A DNA stretch of 64,000 bases from positions 11,208-75,207 of the forward strand of contig CAXPJQ010000059.1 of assembly GCA_964217375.1 (NCBI GenBank), in the 5' to 3' direction. The position numbers and the translations under genes were made by a program. Under the pieces are notes generated by a model. The model saw only the letters and a program-made list of their open reading frames with translations, was not told the DNA's origin and did no database searches. Within the stretch, counting starts at the first letter, position 1, and every line of letters starts with the position of its first letter. The stretch comes from Bdellovibrionales bacterium. GTDB lineage: Archaea; Nanobdellota; Nanobdellia; Woesearchaeales; UBA583. Shown one piece after another: positions 37,655 through 47,381 of the stretch.

Positions 37655-38665
37655 TTATTCTCCTTTATTTTGTTCATACATCTCTGCAATTATATGTTCT
37701 AAATTTGGTTCTTGAATTGATAAATCATGAATTTCAATTGATTTTACAACATCTGTTAAAAATTTACCTAAAGAGTTTTTCATAGGAAATTCAAAAATAA
37801 TTGATTTAGGGATTTCACTTTTTCTATTTGGAACTTTTTCTTTTAATTTATTCCACAATTCTTTATCTAAAACTTTTTTATAATGAATTGTAACATCTTT
37901 TGAATTTGCATAAGTTTCTTTGAAATTTTTAACTGAACCCTCATATGCAAGAGTTCCTTTATCAATTACTACAATTCTTTGACATAACTCTTCAATATCA
38001 TCCATGTCATGAGTTGTAATCATAATTGTAACTTCCTCTTCCTTGTTAATTTGTTTTAAAAAATTTCTAATTGAAATTTTAGCTTGTGCATCAAGTCCAA
38101 TTGTTGGTTCATCTAAAAAAACAATTTTTGGTTTATGTAGAAATGAAGCCGCAAGTTCACATCTCATTTTCTCTCCAAGAGATAACATCCGATATGGTGT
38201 TTCAAAAAAAGGTTCAATCCCAAGCATTTCAACTAAATATTTTACTCTTTTTTGATAAAATTCCTCAGATAATCCATAAATTGCTTTAAATAATCTAAAT
38301 GAATCTCTAACTGGGATATCATATGCAAGAATTGATCTTTGTCCAAATACAACTCCAATGTTTTGAGTATATTCATTTCTATTTTCAATTGGATTTAAAT
38401 TCCCCATTACTTTAATTTCTCCTGAAGTTGGATGTAAAATTCCAGTAAGCATTTTAATTGTAGTTGATTTACCTGCACCATTTGGCCCAAGATATCCTAA
38501 AATTTCTCCCTTTTTAACTTCTAAATTAATATCTTCCACAGCTACTTTTTTTTCCCATTCTCTATAAAACCAAGATAACCTTTTTTTAACTGTAGAGAGA
38601 TTTTTTTCCTTTTTAGGAACTTTAAATTCTTTTTTCAAATCCTTAACTTCAATAATATTTTTCAT
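37655..38665 (-). CDS. ABC transporter ATP-binding subunit for the ABC-2 permeases
   Basis: GPNGAGKST, VVFGQRS, LSLGEKMRCE, FLDEPT, TTHDM. Confidence 0.95.
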   Translation of the reverse strand: MKNIIEVKDLKKEFKVPKKEKNLSTVKKRLSWFYREWEKKVAVEDINLEVKKGEILGYLGPNGAGKSTTIKMLTGILHPTSGEIKVMGNLNPIENRNEYTQNIGVVFGQRSILAYDIPVRDSFRLFKAIYGLSEEFYQKRVKYLVEMLGIEPFFETPYRMLSLGEKMRCELAASFLHKPKIVFLDEPTIGLDAQAKISIRNFLKQINKEEEVTIMITTHDMDDIEELCQRIVVIDKGTLAYEGSVKNFKETYANSKDVTIHYKKVLDKELWNKLKEKVPNRKSEIPKSIIFEFPMKNSLGKFLTDVVKSIEIHDLSIQEPNLEHIIAEMYEQNKGE

Positions 38666-38810
38666 TTTTTTAATTGATAAAAACATAAATATTTTCTTTA
38701 TAAATTAAAATTATTTTTTTTCTTTAAAATAGTTTGTATTTAATTTTAGATATTAATTAGAAATAATATCCATATTTTGCAAATTAAAACTAAAAAAAAA
38801 TAATTCTGCT

Positions 38811-38842
38811 TTCATATTTTAACCAAAAGCCTCATACTTTTT
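38811..38842. repeat. 32-nt permease junction repeat, identical to 39597-39628
   Basis: TTCATATTTTAACCAAAAGCCTCATACTTTTT at both sites, including the ATGAA after the stop codon. Confidence 0.85.
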
Positions 38843-39601
38843 TAGTCCTTGTCTCCAAATAAATAAGTTAATAACTCCTAATATAAATAAATATGAAATT
38901 AATACTAATATATAGTTATAAAAATAAGTTAAGTTTCCAAGTAAGATTTGATATGTTAAATAACAAACAACTCCTTGAGGTAAAAAAACAAATATTATCT
39001 TAGCAAAATAGATATGATTCTCAAAAGCTGCATATGTAAATCTTTGAGATATCTCCTCAACACTTTTTGACATTAATTTAATTGATGAACTGTCTTTGAT
39101 AAAAAAACCTAAGATTTCTATAGTATTTGAAAAAAATAATGATCCCATAAATCCTATTATCCAAAATAAAAAACTTAGAAAATAATTTTCAAGTGTATAT
39201 AAAAATAAAACTATTACTAGAATAATTAAATATATGAAAAGTACTACTACCTTTCCCTGTTTAAAATTATTTGTTAAATATACAAAATAAGTAGATATAG
39301 GTTTAAATAAATGAATATTTAAATTTCCTTTTAATAATTCCTTACTAAAGTTAGAAAAATAAAAAATATTGTTTAATCTTAATGAAAATTTTGTAAGAAT
39401 ATAAAAAAATATTAAATCATATACGTCCCAGTTTAAAATAAAATCTCCAACTAAATCAATATATACTAAATAAAATATTATTGTAATTCCAAAAGTAAAA
39501 ATTTCTTTTAAAAAAATAGCATAAAAATCAGATTTATATTCTAAAAATGACTTAATTGAAATAATTAATTTCTCATAAAAATATTCAAAATATTTATTCA
39601 T
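38819..39601 (-). CDS. ABC-2 type permease, variable copy 8
   Basis: GNLNIHLFKP; ends GLKKYEAFG. Confidence 0.8.
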   Translation of the reverse strand: MNKYFEYFYEKLIISIKSFLEYKSDFYAIFLKEIFTFGITIIFYLVYIDLVGDFILNWDVYDLIFFYILTKFSLRLNNIFYFSNFSKELLKGNLNIHLFKPISTYFVYLTNNFKQGKVVVLFIYLIILVIVLFLYTLENYFLSFLFWIIGFMGSLFFSNTIEILGFFIKDSSSIKLMSKSVEEISQRFTYAAFENHIYFAKIIFVFLPQGVVCYLTYQILLGNLTYFYNYILVLISYLFILGVINLFIWRQGLKKYEAFG

Positions 39602-39604
39602 ATT

Positions 39605-40381
39605 TTAACCAAAAGCCTCATACTTTTTCAAGCCAATTTTCCATAAAATATAATTTCCAAATATAAAAATTAAAAATGAAATAATAATAAATATAAAATA
39701 CTTAGAAAGATAATCAAATCTATTATTAACTAATTCAATAAAATAAAAACCAAATAAAGCAGTAGGCAAGTAAAATAAAAAATTTAATTTAGTACCCTCA
39801 AATACCTTTGGAGTAAATCTATCATTTAGGTATGCAACATCTTTGCTAATTCTTATGATAAAATTATTTTGTTTTATAAAAAAAGCTAATGACTCAAAAA
39901 AATCTGTATATACTATGTAATATATTAAACTAAAAAACAACAACAAAATTCCCTGAAATATATTTTGATAAGGTCCATAAAGGTATAATATAATTAAAAA
40001 AAATAAAAAAATAAAAGTTGTAAAAATTGCTCCATCCTTTGCTCTCGAAGACATTCCAATAAAAGGATTAATTGGTTTAGATTTCCAGATATTTAAATCT
40101 CCTAAAAGTAATTGTTTATTTAAACTCCTTAAAATAAAAAAATATGTTCCTTTACTTATCATTTGAATAGTTACATATAGTAAAATAAAGTCTAAATAAG
40201 TCCAACTTAAAAAATTAAGAGATAAGGATTGAATAATTGAATAAAAAAATAGATATACAATAGTCAAAGAAATATCAAAATAAACAATACTCCAAAAATT
40301 AATAGGATATTCTTTAATTTGTTTAAATGCTTGAAAATATATCTCTTTCATAAAATTAAAGTGATTTTTTACAATGTTCAT
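39605..40381 (-). CDS. ABC-2 type permease, variable copy 9
   Basis: GDLNIWKSKPINPF; ends GLKKYEAFG; close paralog of copy 5. Confidence 0.8.
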   Translation of the reverse strand: MNIVKNHFNFMKEIYFQAFKQIKEYPINFWSIVYFDISLTIVYLFFYSIIQSLSLNFLSWTYLDFILLYVTIQMISKGTYFFILRSLNKQLLLGDLNIWKSKPINPFIGMSSRAKDGAIFTTFIFLFFLIILYLYGPYQNIFQGILLLFFSLIYYIVYTDFFESLAFFIKQNNFIIRISKDVAYLNDRFTPKVFEGTKLNFLFYLPTALFGFYFIELVNNRFDYLSKYFIFIIISFLIFIFGNYILWKIGLKKYEAFG

Positions 40382-42117
40382 TTTTGCATATTTAACATAT
40401 TATAAAATTTAGACTTTTTATCTTTTATTAATTCTTTGTAGTTACCTTGTTCAATTATTTTTCCTTGTTCAAATACAAAAATTCTATCTACATTTTTTAA
40501 TGTGGATAATCTATGTGCAATAATTAAAATTGTTTTATTTTTAATTAAGTCAATTCCTTTTTGAATTTTCATTTCAGTTTTAGAATCAAGAGCTGAAGTT
40601 GCCTCATCTAGAATTAAGATCTCTGAATTTTTACAAATTGCTCTTGCAATTCCAACTCTTTGTCTTTGCCCTCCAGATAATTTATATCCTTTCTCACCAA
40701 TAATTGTATCAAGTCCATTTGGTAATTCTTTAATTACCTCATTAAGTTGAGATATTTCAATTGCTTTTCTCAAAGTTTTGGAATCTATCTCCTTAAACAT
40801 TGTAATATTTTCTTTGAGAGTTACATTTAACATCTCAGTTTCTTGCATAACTTGAGATAAATTATCTAAAAGAGATTGATGTGAAAAATCATAGTAATTA
40901 GTATGATCTACTTTTATTTCTCCTTCATTTATTTGATAAAGTCCTAAAAATAATTTTGAAAGAGTTGATTTTCCTGAACCTGAATGTCCAACAATTCCAA
41001 TTTTTTCATGTTTTTTAATTTTAAATGAAATGTTATCTAAATTATTTTTTTTATTATCATAAGAGAAAGATACATTATTGAAAGAAATTGTTTTCCAATC
41101 TTTTTTAAATTCTTCTTCTCCAAAATACTTTTCTTCTTTAGTTTCAAAAATAGGTATGATTCTATTCATTGCAGATCTAATTGATATAAGATCATTAAGT
41201 ATTGAATTTGATCTCCAAAATGATGCTGTAATTTGATTAAAATATACAAATGAAGTAGCAATAAATCCAACTTCAACTAGTTCATTTGATACAAAGTGTC
41301 CTAGTAATAATAAGAAAAAAAATAAACCAAAAGCGATTAAGTAATTCACATGTTTTGTTCTAGTGTTTCCGATTTTAATTGCTCTGAACTGAACTTCTTT
41401 GAAAGTAATTTCTCCTTTTTTCATAGATGATTTCAAAGATTGAGAAGAACCACTAGATTTTATGGATAAGATATTGTTTGCTCCTTCATTAAGAGACCCT
41501 GAAACTTTTTCTAATACTTTATTTTTCTCTTCTTCTATATCAGCTTGCTTTTTTAAAAAAGATTTCATAATTAAAATAAAAACTCCAACATAGACTATAA
41601 AAAATAATAAAAAATACAAATCTAAAAATAAAAAAATAATAATAACTCCTGAAAAAGTTAATATTAACCCAAGAGCATCTTGATTAAATACATTAATTAA
41701 CTGTCTATAACTACTAGATCCATTGTTTACTTTTTGAAGTTTTGAACCTGAACCATCTTTTTCGTGCCATTTTAATGAAAAATTTAAAAGTTTTTCAAAA
41801 GCAAAATTTCTTGCTTTAAAAGTTGTATTAACACCAATCTCCTTTAGTTTTCTTTTTGCAACCATTCTCACTTGAGAAGTTAATAATCCTGAAAAGAGAA
41901 TTATTCCTGTGTATATGTAAAATAAATTTAATGAATCTCCTTTATTATATTCTGTAAAAAAATTAATTATCAACCCAATAATATATGGGATAATTAGTGT
42001 ATTGGAATGAGATAAAAAATTAAGACTCATATAAAATGAAAACTTTAATCTCTCACCCTCTAAAAAGTGCCATAATGACTTAAACATATGTGTCCATGTA
42101 ATTATTTCTTTGTTCAT
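40378..42117 (-). CDS. ABC exporter half-transporter (TMD plus NBD, MsbA/Sav1866 type)
   Basis: 6-TM domain; GHSGSGKST, LSGGQRQR, ILDEATS, IAHRLST. Confidence 0.93.
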   Translation of the reverse strand: MNKEIITWTHMFKSLWHFLEGERLKFSFYMSLNFLSHSNTLIIPYIIGLIINFFTEYNKGDSLNLFYIYTGIILFSGLLTSQVRMVAKRKLKEIGVNTTFKARNFAFEKLLNFSLKWHEKDGSGSKLQKVNNGSSSYRQLINVFNQDALGLILTFSGVIIIFLFLDLYFLLFFIVYVGVFILIMKSFLKKQADIEEEKNKVLEKVSGSLNEGANNILSIKSSGSSQSLKSSMKKGEITFKEVQFRAIKIGNTRTKHVNYLIAFGLFFFLLLLGHFVSNELVEVGFIATSFVYFNQITASFWRSNSILNDLISIRSAMNRIIPIFETKEEKYFGEEEFKKDWKTISFNNVSFSYDNKKNNLDNISFKIKKHEKIGIVGHSGSGKSTLSKLFLGLYQINEGEIKVDHTNYYDFSHQSLLDNLSQVMQETEMLNVTLKENITMFKEIDSKTLRKAIEISQLNEVIKELPNGLDTIIGEKGYKLSGGQRQRVGIARAICKNSEILILDEATSALDSKTEMKIQKGIDLIKNKTILIIAHRLSTLKNVDRIFVFEQGKIIEQGNYKELIKDKKSKFYNMLNMQK

Positions 42118-43073
42118 TTTAGTATGTTATGAATTTCTTCTAATTTATTTAAGCAATTATTTCTCATGGTATCTTTTCTTTTTATTGTCTGAGGCTCATC
42201 TAAGTTCCTCCATTTATGAGACTTTAATTTGGATAGTCTACTTAAATTTTTCATCCATGTATAAAAATAATATAATCTCTCCCAATTTTCAGGCAATTCA
42301 TTATATTTTGAATATCCTTTTACAATTGAAGTTTTGTACTTAAATTTTTCATCACCAAAATCAAATCCAGAAAAAAGGTCTTCTATTGTCCCACTAACTC
42401 TTGCGAATTCGAAATCTATGATACCATGAATTAGGTTATTTTTTATTATAAGGTTTGTGTTTGATGCATCTCCATGACATAATCTAGGTTCTGATTCTAA
42501 AGAAAGTAAGTGCTTATGTTTTTGATAAAATTGAGATTCTGTTTCAATTTGTTCTTCTGAGATAATATTATCTTCTTTTAATCTTTCAAACATTTTATTA
42601 ATTTCATTTTCTTTTTTTTCTTGCCATGATTCATATGAATGTCTTTGTTCTAGTTTATAATTTAATTCAGAATATTTTTCATATTTAAAAGAATGAAACA
42701 TTCCATAAATCTCACCATATTGTTCAAATAATTTCTCTTTATTTGTTATTTTATTGTAAACCTTCTTTAATGATTTTCCTTCAATTTTTTCTAAAATAAT
42801 AAATGAATAATTTACTTCTTTTTTTGAATAATTATCATAAATAATATCTGCAATTGGAAAGTTTGGATATTTATTTTGAAGTAATTCTTTTAGGGCTTTT
42901 TGTTTTAATGCTAATTTTTTATCTTCGAGTAATTTTATTTTCTTGAAAACTATACCTTTGTTTTCTAGCTTGATATCATAAGCTACATTATTATATCCCT
43001 CTTCAAATTCTTTTATTTCTAAGATTTTTTCATTAGGAAAAATTTTAGTTAGTAATTGTTTTATTTCTTTCAT
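42114..43073 (-). CDS. Aminoglycoside phosphotransferase/choline kinase family protein
   Basis: EGYNN, LCHGDASNTN (Brenner-type motif), IIDFE. Confidence 0.85.
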   Translation of the reverse strand: MKEIKQLLTKIFPNEKILEIKEFEEGYNNVAYDIKLENKGIVFKKIKLLEDKKLALKQKALKELLQNKYPNFPIADIIYDNYSKKEVNYSFIILEKIEGKSLKKVYNKITNKEKLFEQYGEIYGMFHSFKYEKYSELNYKLEQRHSYESWQEKKENEINKMFERLKEDNIISEEQIETESQFYQKHKHLLSLESEPRLCHGDASNTNLIIKNNLIHGIIDFEFARVSGTIEDLFSGFDFGDEKFKYKTSIVKGYSKYNELPENWERLYYFYTWMKNLSRLSKLKSHKWRNLDEPQTIKRKDTMRNNCLNKLEEIHNILK

Positions 43074-43480
43074 TTTAATTGTTTAATTAATTCTATTTCA
43101 TTTAATGAATTAGTTTTATTTGTCTTTTGATAATTTAGTTTCTCATAAAACATTATTGCTTTTTTATTATCTTCTTCTACATATAATTTTATTTGAAAGA
43201 AATTTTTAATTTTTATTTCATTTTCTAAGAATTTGATTAAATTTGAACCAAAACCCTTTGATCTCAAATTCTCATCAATATATATATCTTCAAGAATTGG
43301 AATTTTTTTCCACAAAATTCTACCATGTCCAATTGGGTTATCATTGTCCCATATAATATAAAATAAACTTTCTTTTTTCTTTTGAGACTCTAATCTCTTT
43401 TCAAAAGGTTCTCTTACACTCCATTTTTTTTCTATAATATCTAGATCTGATTCTTGAAGATTTTTTATTTGGATATTCAT
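43070..43480 (-). CDS. GNAT family N-acetyltransferase
   Basis: RSKGFGS acetyl-CoA loop; N..A..FYEKL. Confidence 0.88.
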   Translation of the reverse strand: MNIQIKNLQESDLDIIEKKWSVREPFEKRLESQKKKESLFYIIWDNDNPIGHGRILWKKIPILEDIYIDENLRSKGFGSNLIKFLENEIKIKNFFQIKLYVEEDNKKAIMFYEKLNYQKTNKTNSLNEIELIKQLK

Positions 43481-44094
43481 TCTATAATTAACACCTCTCC
43501 ATCTCTTAGAGTTCTATATGGAATATTATTTTCAATACAATATTGAACTTCTTTTTCAATATCTTCTGATTCAGGGTGATCCGAATCAAAGTGAGGTAGA
43601 ATCATATAATCTAAAATACCTAATCCTTCCCAAATTGTTTCTTTTATTTCCTTATATGGAAAATCATAAGGATCATCTACAATTTGTAATGACTTCATAT
43701 CTTTATACAAAATACAAAGAGCTGCACTAAATCCTGCATATAAAAAATCATTATTTAAATTTGTTTGTATATATCTATCAAATCCCGATAATTTCATTGC
43801 TTGTCTTAGAACAAAAGTATTTCCTCCATTAATCCAAATAGCTTTTACTTCATCTAATTTTTTAAATAATTCTTTTGATTTACCAAAGTAATCTCTTAAA
43901 TCTAATACTTCAGGTTCAAGCCCTAATTGTTTTAAACTATTAATTTGATTTGACATATTAATTTTTTTTCTTTCTAAATCCTTAGCTGTAAAATCCATTG
44001 CATTTGGAATATAGAAAATTTTTTTATTTGGAATCATTTCTTTTAATTTGTTTCCTTGATTTCCTATTTTATATGATGATAAATAAAATTTCAT
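43477..44094 (-). CDS. Peptidase E-like (S51 / class I glutamine amidotransferase-like) protein
   Basis: YIPNA, GGNTFVL, GFSA nucleophile elbow, GLG, PH. Confidence 0.85.
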   Translation of the reverse strand: MKFYLSSYKIGNQGNKLKEMIPNKKIFYIPNAMDFTAKDLERKKINMSNQINSLKQLGLEPEVLDLRDYFGKSKELFKKLDEVKAIWINGGNTFVLRQAMKLSGFDRYIQTNLNNDFLYAGFSAALCILYKDMKSLQIVDDPYDFPYKEIKETIWEGLGILDYMILPHFDSDHPESEDIEKEVQYCIENNIPYRTLRDGEVLIIE

Positions 44095-44600
44095 TTTTCT
44101 AAGTCCTCTCTAAGAAAATCATATTCTAGACAATCATACCAATTCCCCTTATCATCATGCCATGCTTTTCTAAATTGCCCCGCTTTTAGAAATCCAGCCT
44201 TTGAAAAGAGATTTTGCATTGCTACATTATCTTCTCTTGTTGAGCCTTCAATTCTTCTCACTTTTGGATAGTTTTTGAAAATATAGTTAATCATAAAACT
44301 GATTATTTCTAATCCATATCCTTTTCCTCTTTTTTTTGAGTTGATTCTAATGTCAAATTTAGGTGCTTCAGTTTCATCATTAATTAGATCATCTAATTTT
44401 AAGAATGCACAAATTTTTTCTTTCTCATAAATCAAAAAAGTAACTTGTTTTCTATTTGTGTAATAAGTTCCTTTGAGTCTCTCTTCGAGTTCTTTTCTTG
44501 TAAGTTTTGACGAACCGTGATATTTCCATTCTTCTGAGAGTAAAAATTGAATAAGATCTTCTGACAATTTCCTTGTAAATTTTTTATATATTAATTTCAT
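44091..44600 (-). CDS. GNAT family N-acetyltransferase (RimJ/RimL-like)
   Basis: FDIRI, RGKGYG, TREDN.AM...F.KAGF, RKAW; start at ATGA overlap 44600. Confidence 0.88.
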   Translation of the reverse strand: MKLIYKKFTRKLSEDLIQFLLSEEWKYHGSSKLTRKELEERLKGTYYTNRKQVTFLIYEKEKICAFLKLDDLINDETEAPKFDIRINSKKRGKGYGLEIISFMINYIFKNYPKVRRIEGSTREDNVAMQNLFSKAGFLKAGQFRKAWHDDKGNWYDCLEYDFLREDLEK

Positions 44601-45028
44601 TTTTCTAGTTTCATTTGCATCCAATATGCTACAGTTTTAAATCCTAAATTTTGATATAATTCTAAATTACTCTCAAATGAATTTAATTCAACTTGATCAC
44701 ATCTCCCTTCTTTAGCAATTTGTTTTGCTTTTTCAATTAATTTTTTTGCATAACCTTTTTTTCTTTCATTTTTATTTACATATAGTTTTCCTATGATAAA
44801 TTTTTTCTTACCACTTTTTCCTTCTCTTATTGAATAGGTAAGATATCCAATTTGATTTTCAAGTATAATTGTATTACTTTTTGCTTTATCTAAAGAAAGA
44901 ATTTCTTCTTTAAACTTTTCTAAGCCAAATTTATTTGGTTTAAAGTCAGGATTACTTGAAAACATATCTTCAAATGTTGATAAAATATAATTCAAATCTT
45001 TTTCTTTATTGAAGTTTCTTATGTTCAT
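44597..45028 (-). CDS. GNAT family N-acetyltransferase
   Basis: LYV...RKKGYA, LYQNLGF; start at ATGA overlap 45028. Confidence 0.85.
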   Translation of the reverse strand: MNIRNFNKEKDLNYILSTFEDMFSSNPDFKPNKFGLEKFKEEILSLDKAKSNTIILENQIGYLTYSIREGKSGKKKFIIGKLYVNKNERKKGYAKKLIEKAKQIAKEGRCDQVELNSFESNLELYQNLGFKTVAYWMQMKLEK

Positions 45029-45792
45029 TTTTCTGTTGGTGTTTTTATCCTCCATCCATCTACTTCAAGACCTCCCATGTTATCTAAAACATATTTTGAA
45101 ATTTTCTTTGAATATAGATACATTTTTTCTGTATCTGTTTCCTCGATTGCTTTAATGAATAAAGTTACAAATTTTTTGTCTGGAAATTCTGGTAAGTTAT
45201 ATTTTTTTTGATCTTTTTTTTCTTTTAAGAGTCTTCTAACTTTATTAATTGATACATTATGCCATCCTAAGAACTTAGAATATGTTTGAAATGTTTTATA
45301 CAATACATTATGATACACAAATGTAAAATCATTTTTTCCTCTTTTATATACTTCTTCTAAATTATCTTGTTCATCCCAAAGAAGATATTTTGAAATTTCA
45401 TTCTCTGTTTTACTTGGTTTTTTGAAGGTTTTATTCATATACTTTTTTGATAAATTTACTAATTCTTTTACTGAATTATTTTTATCAAAAATAATTTTTC
45501 CAGTTGTAAACATATGTGCTTCTGTTGATCTATTATTCTTGTAATTTCCTTCTAAATATTTTTCAATTTGGTGTGGGGGATTAACAAAATATTCAATCAA
45601 AAATCCATCTACAACTTCATTTCCTCTGAGTCTCCAAGTACAAGAATTATCTAAAATAATATGCAAATCAATGTCTGAGTTTTCAGTAGGTCTTCCAGTT
45701 ACATAACTTCCACAAACTAATGCTCCTTGGACTTCTTTTTTGTTCTCCCAATTTTTGAGAAATTTTCGTGTAGCTCTTTCCCAGTCTTTCAT
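45025..45792 (-). CDS. Nucleotidyltransferase domain protein (KNTase-like)
   Basis: GSYVTG....SDIDLHII motif plus helical C-terminal domain. Confidence 0.85.
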   Translation of the reverse strand: MKDWERATRKFLKNWENKKEVQGALVCGSYVTGRPTENSDIDLHIILDNSCTWRLRGNEVVDGFLIEYFVNPPHQIEKYLEGNYKNNRSTEAHMFTTGKIIFDKNNSVKELVNLSKKYMNKTFKKPSKTENEISKYLLWDEQDNLEEVYKRGKNDFTFVYHNVLYKTFQTYSKFLGWHNVSINKVRRLLKEKKDQKKYNLPEFPDKKFVTLFIKAIEETDTEKMYLYSKKISKYVLDNMGGLEVDGWRIKTPTEK

Positions 45793-45849
45793 TTTCTTCT
45801 TATTCCTAATTAAAATCTTTTAAAAAGATTATTCACTTATATAGTACAA

Positions 45850-46617
45850 TTATCTGTTTATTCTCTCTTCAAGAGTTTTTCCAAAATCATCTATAAAAGT
45901 AATCATTTCATCTGAGAAAGTCTTTGGAATATTATTTAATTCTCTTTGTTGTTCAAGTGCTTCTTCAAGTTCTTTTTTATTTTTTAATGTACTTACTCCT
46001 TTTGGTAAGTTATGAACAACAGATACTATTTGATCAAATTCCTCATAAGTCATATCAAATCTAGGTTTAGGTGGATTTTTACTCTCTTGATATTCAATAG
46101 AGTCACTTAATCCCATAACTGGAGAATAGCTTAGAGCAAGATGATTTGGAAAAAGATGAGGTACAACAATTTCAAAATATGGTGTGTTAATTCCAATTCC
46201 TGAATTTAGAGTTAAATATGCTCCAGACATTTCATTTCTCCCTTTTGGAATTCCTTTTACTCTCTTATATCTTGGCGAATCTAAATCATCTCCTGGAAAT
46301 TCTAAAAAAGTAACCTCTTCTTGAAAGGGTAATATCTGATCAAAAATCAATCCATATTTATGTGTTGATAGGTGATTTTGAGTATGTTGTAAAGATCTAT
46401 AAAAATCAAGAGTGTTGACATATTCAAAACCTTCATGATAAAGAGTTTCCCTTAGAGGATTTACACCACAACCTTCGTTTAAGTAAGAACAAAACATTTG
46501 TTCATTACCTGTTTCTATATCAAGTAAGTTTGAGAGTCCTTGTACTTCAAGTACTTTTATGAAACGAACAGGCGTATCTAAAAATTTCTCTTCTATCTTT
46601 GTTTGTATTAATTCCAT
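45850..46617 (-). CDS. Hypothetical protein
   Basis: 255 aa ORF; no recognisable motif. Confidence 0.55.
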   Translation of the reverse strand: MELIQTKIEEKFLDTPVRFIKVLEVQGLSNLLDIETGNEQMFCSYLNEGCGVNPLRETLYHEGFEYVNTLDFYRSLQHTQNHLSTHKYGLIFDQILPFQEEVTFLEFPGDDLDSPRYKRVKGIPKGRNEMSGAYLTLNSGIGINTPYFEIVVPHLFPNHLALSYSPVMGLSDSIEYQESKNPPKPRFDMTYEEFDQIVSVVHNLPKGVSTLKNKKELEEALEQQRELNNIPKTFSDEMITFIDDFGKTLEERINR

Positions 46618-46620
46618 ATT

Positions 46621-47136
46621 TTATTTTTTCTCTCTTGAGCTATCAATTTTTTCTGCAATTCTCTGAGCTTCTCTATATTGGTTTGGTGTATTATTTTGAT
46701 TTCCTAATGAATTAAGTAATTTTTTTATTAATTCTCTGGAACTATTTCCTGAAGTTAAACCACTAATAGACTCAATTCTCCCATTTACATTATCAATAGT
46801 ATCTTCCAAACCTGGTGCTACTTGAGTTGAAAAATAATGTGCTTGGGCATCACCATATAACCATGGAAAAACTGGCAACTTATTTTCTCCTAAAAGAGCT
46901 TTTTCTCCAGTCTCTAATTGAATAGTATCAAAAAAACCATCACAGTTTGTATCATAAAAATTCGTACTATTTTTAATCTCAATTGAATTAATACAATAAT
47001 TTGATCTATCTGTTGTATATGTAACTTGTGTGTTATCTCCAATACTCATTTTGTATTGCTCTACTTCTTTTGCATCTAAACTTGCTGAATTTAATGCAAG
47101 TAGAGATGTTCCTAATATTTTTGTTAATTTTTTCAT
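46621..47136 (-). CDS. Hypothetical secreted protein
   Basis: MKKLTKILGTSLLAL signal-like N-terminus; DTNCDG DxDxDG-like loop. Confidence 0.55.
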   Translation of the reverse strand: MKKLTKILGTSLLALNSASLDAKEVEQYKMSIGDNTQVTYTTDRSNYCINSIEIKNSTNFYDTNCDGFFDTIQLETGEKALLGENKLPVFPWLYGDAQAHYFSTQVAPGLEDTIDNVNGRIESISGLTSGNSSRELIKKLLNSLGNQNNTPNQYREAQRIAEKIDSSREKK

Positions 47137-47381
47137 TTTTCTTTGTAAATTATAGTAGTAATTAAACATATTTAAAATTAAATTTATTATTTTTTACAAA
47201 AATCTAATAAGTTTTAATTTCAATTAGAGTTTTTACTAATGATGTAATAATTAGTAGTATCTAAAACTACTTTAATCAAGGTTTTCACTTTGCTGATTAC
47301 TATTATTTATATTGTAAATATTAATAGTAACTTAAACTATATTAAATTAAATTGAGTTTTTTCTACAATTTTGGTTAAATA

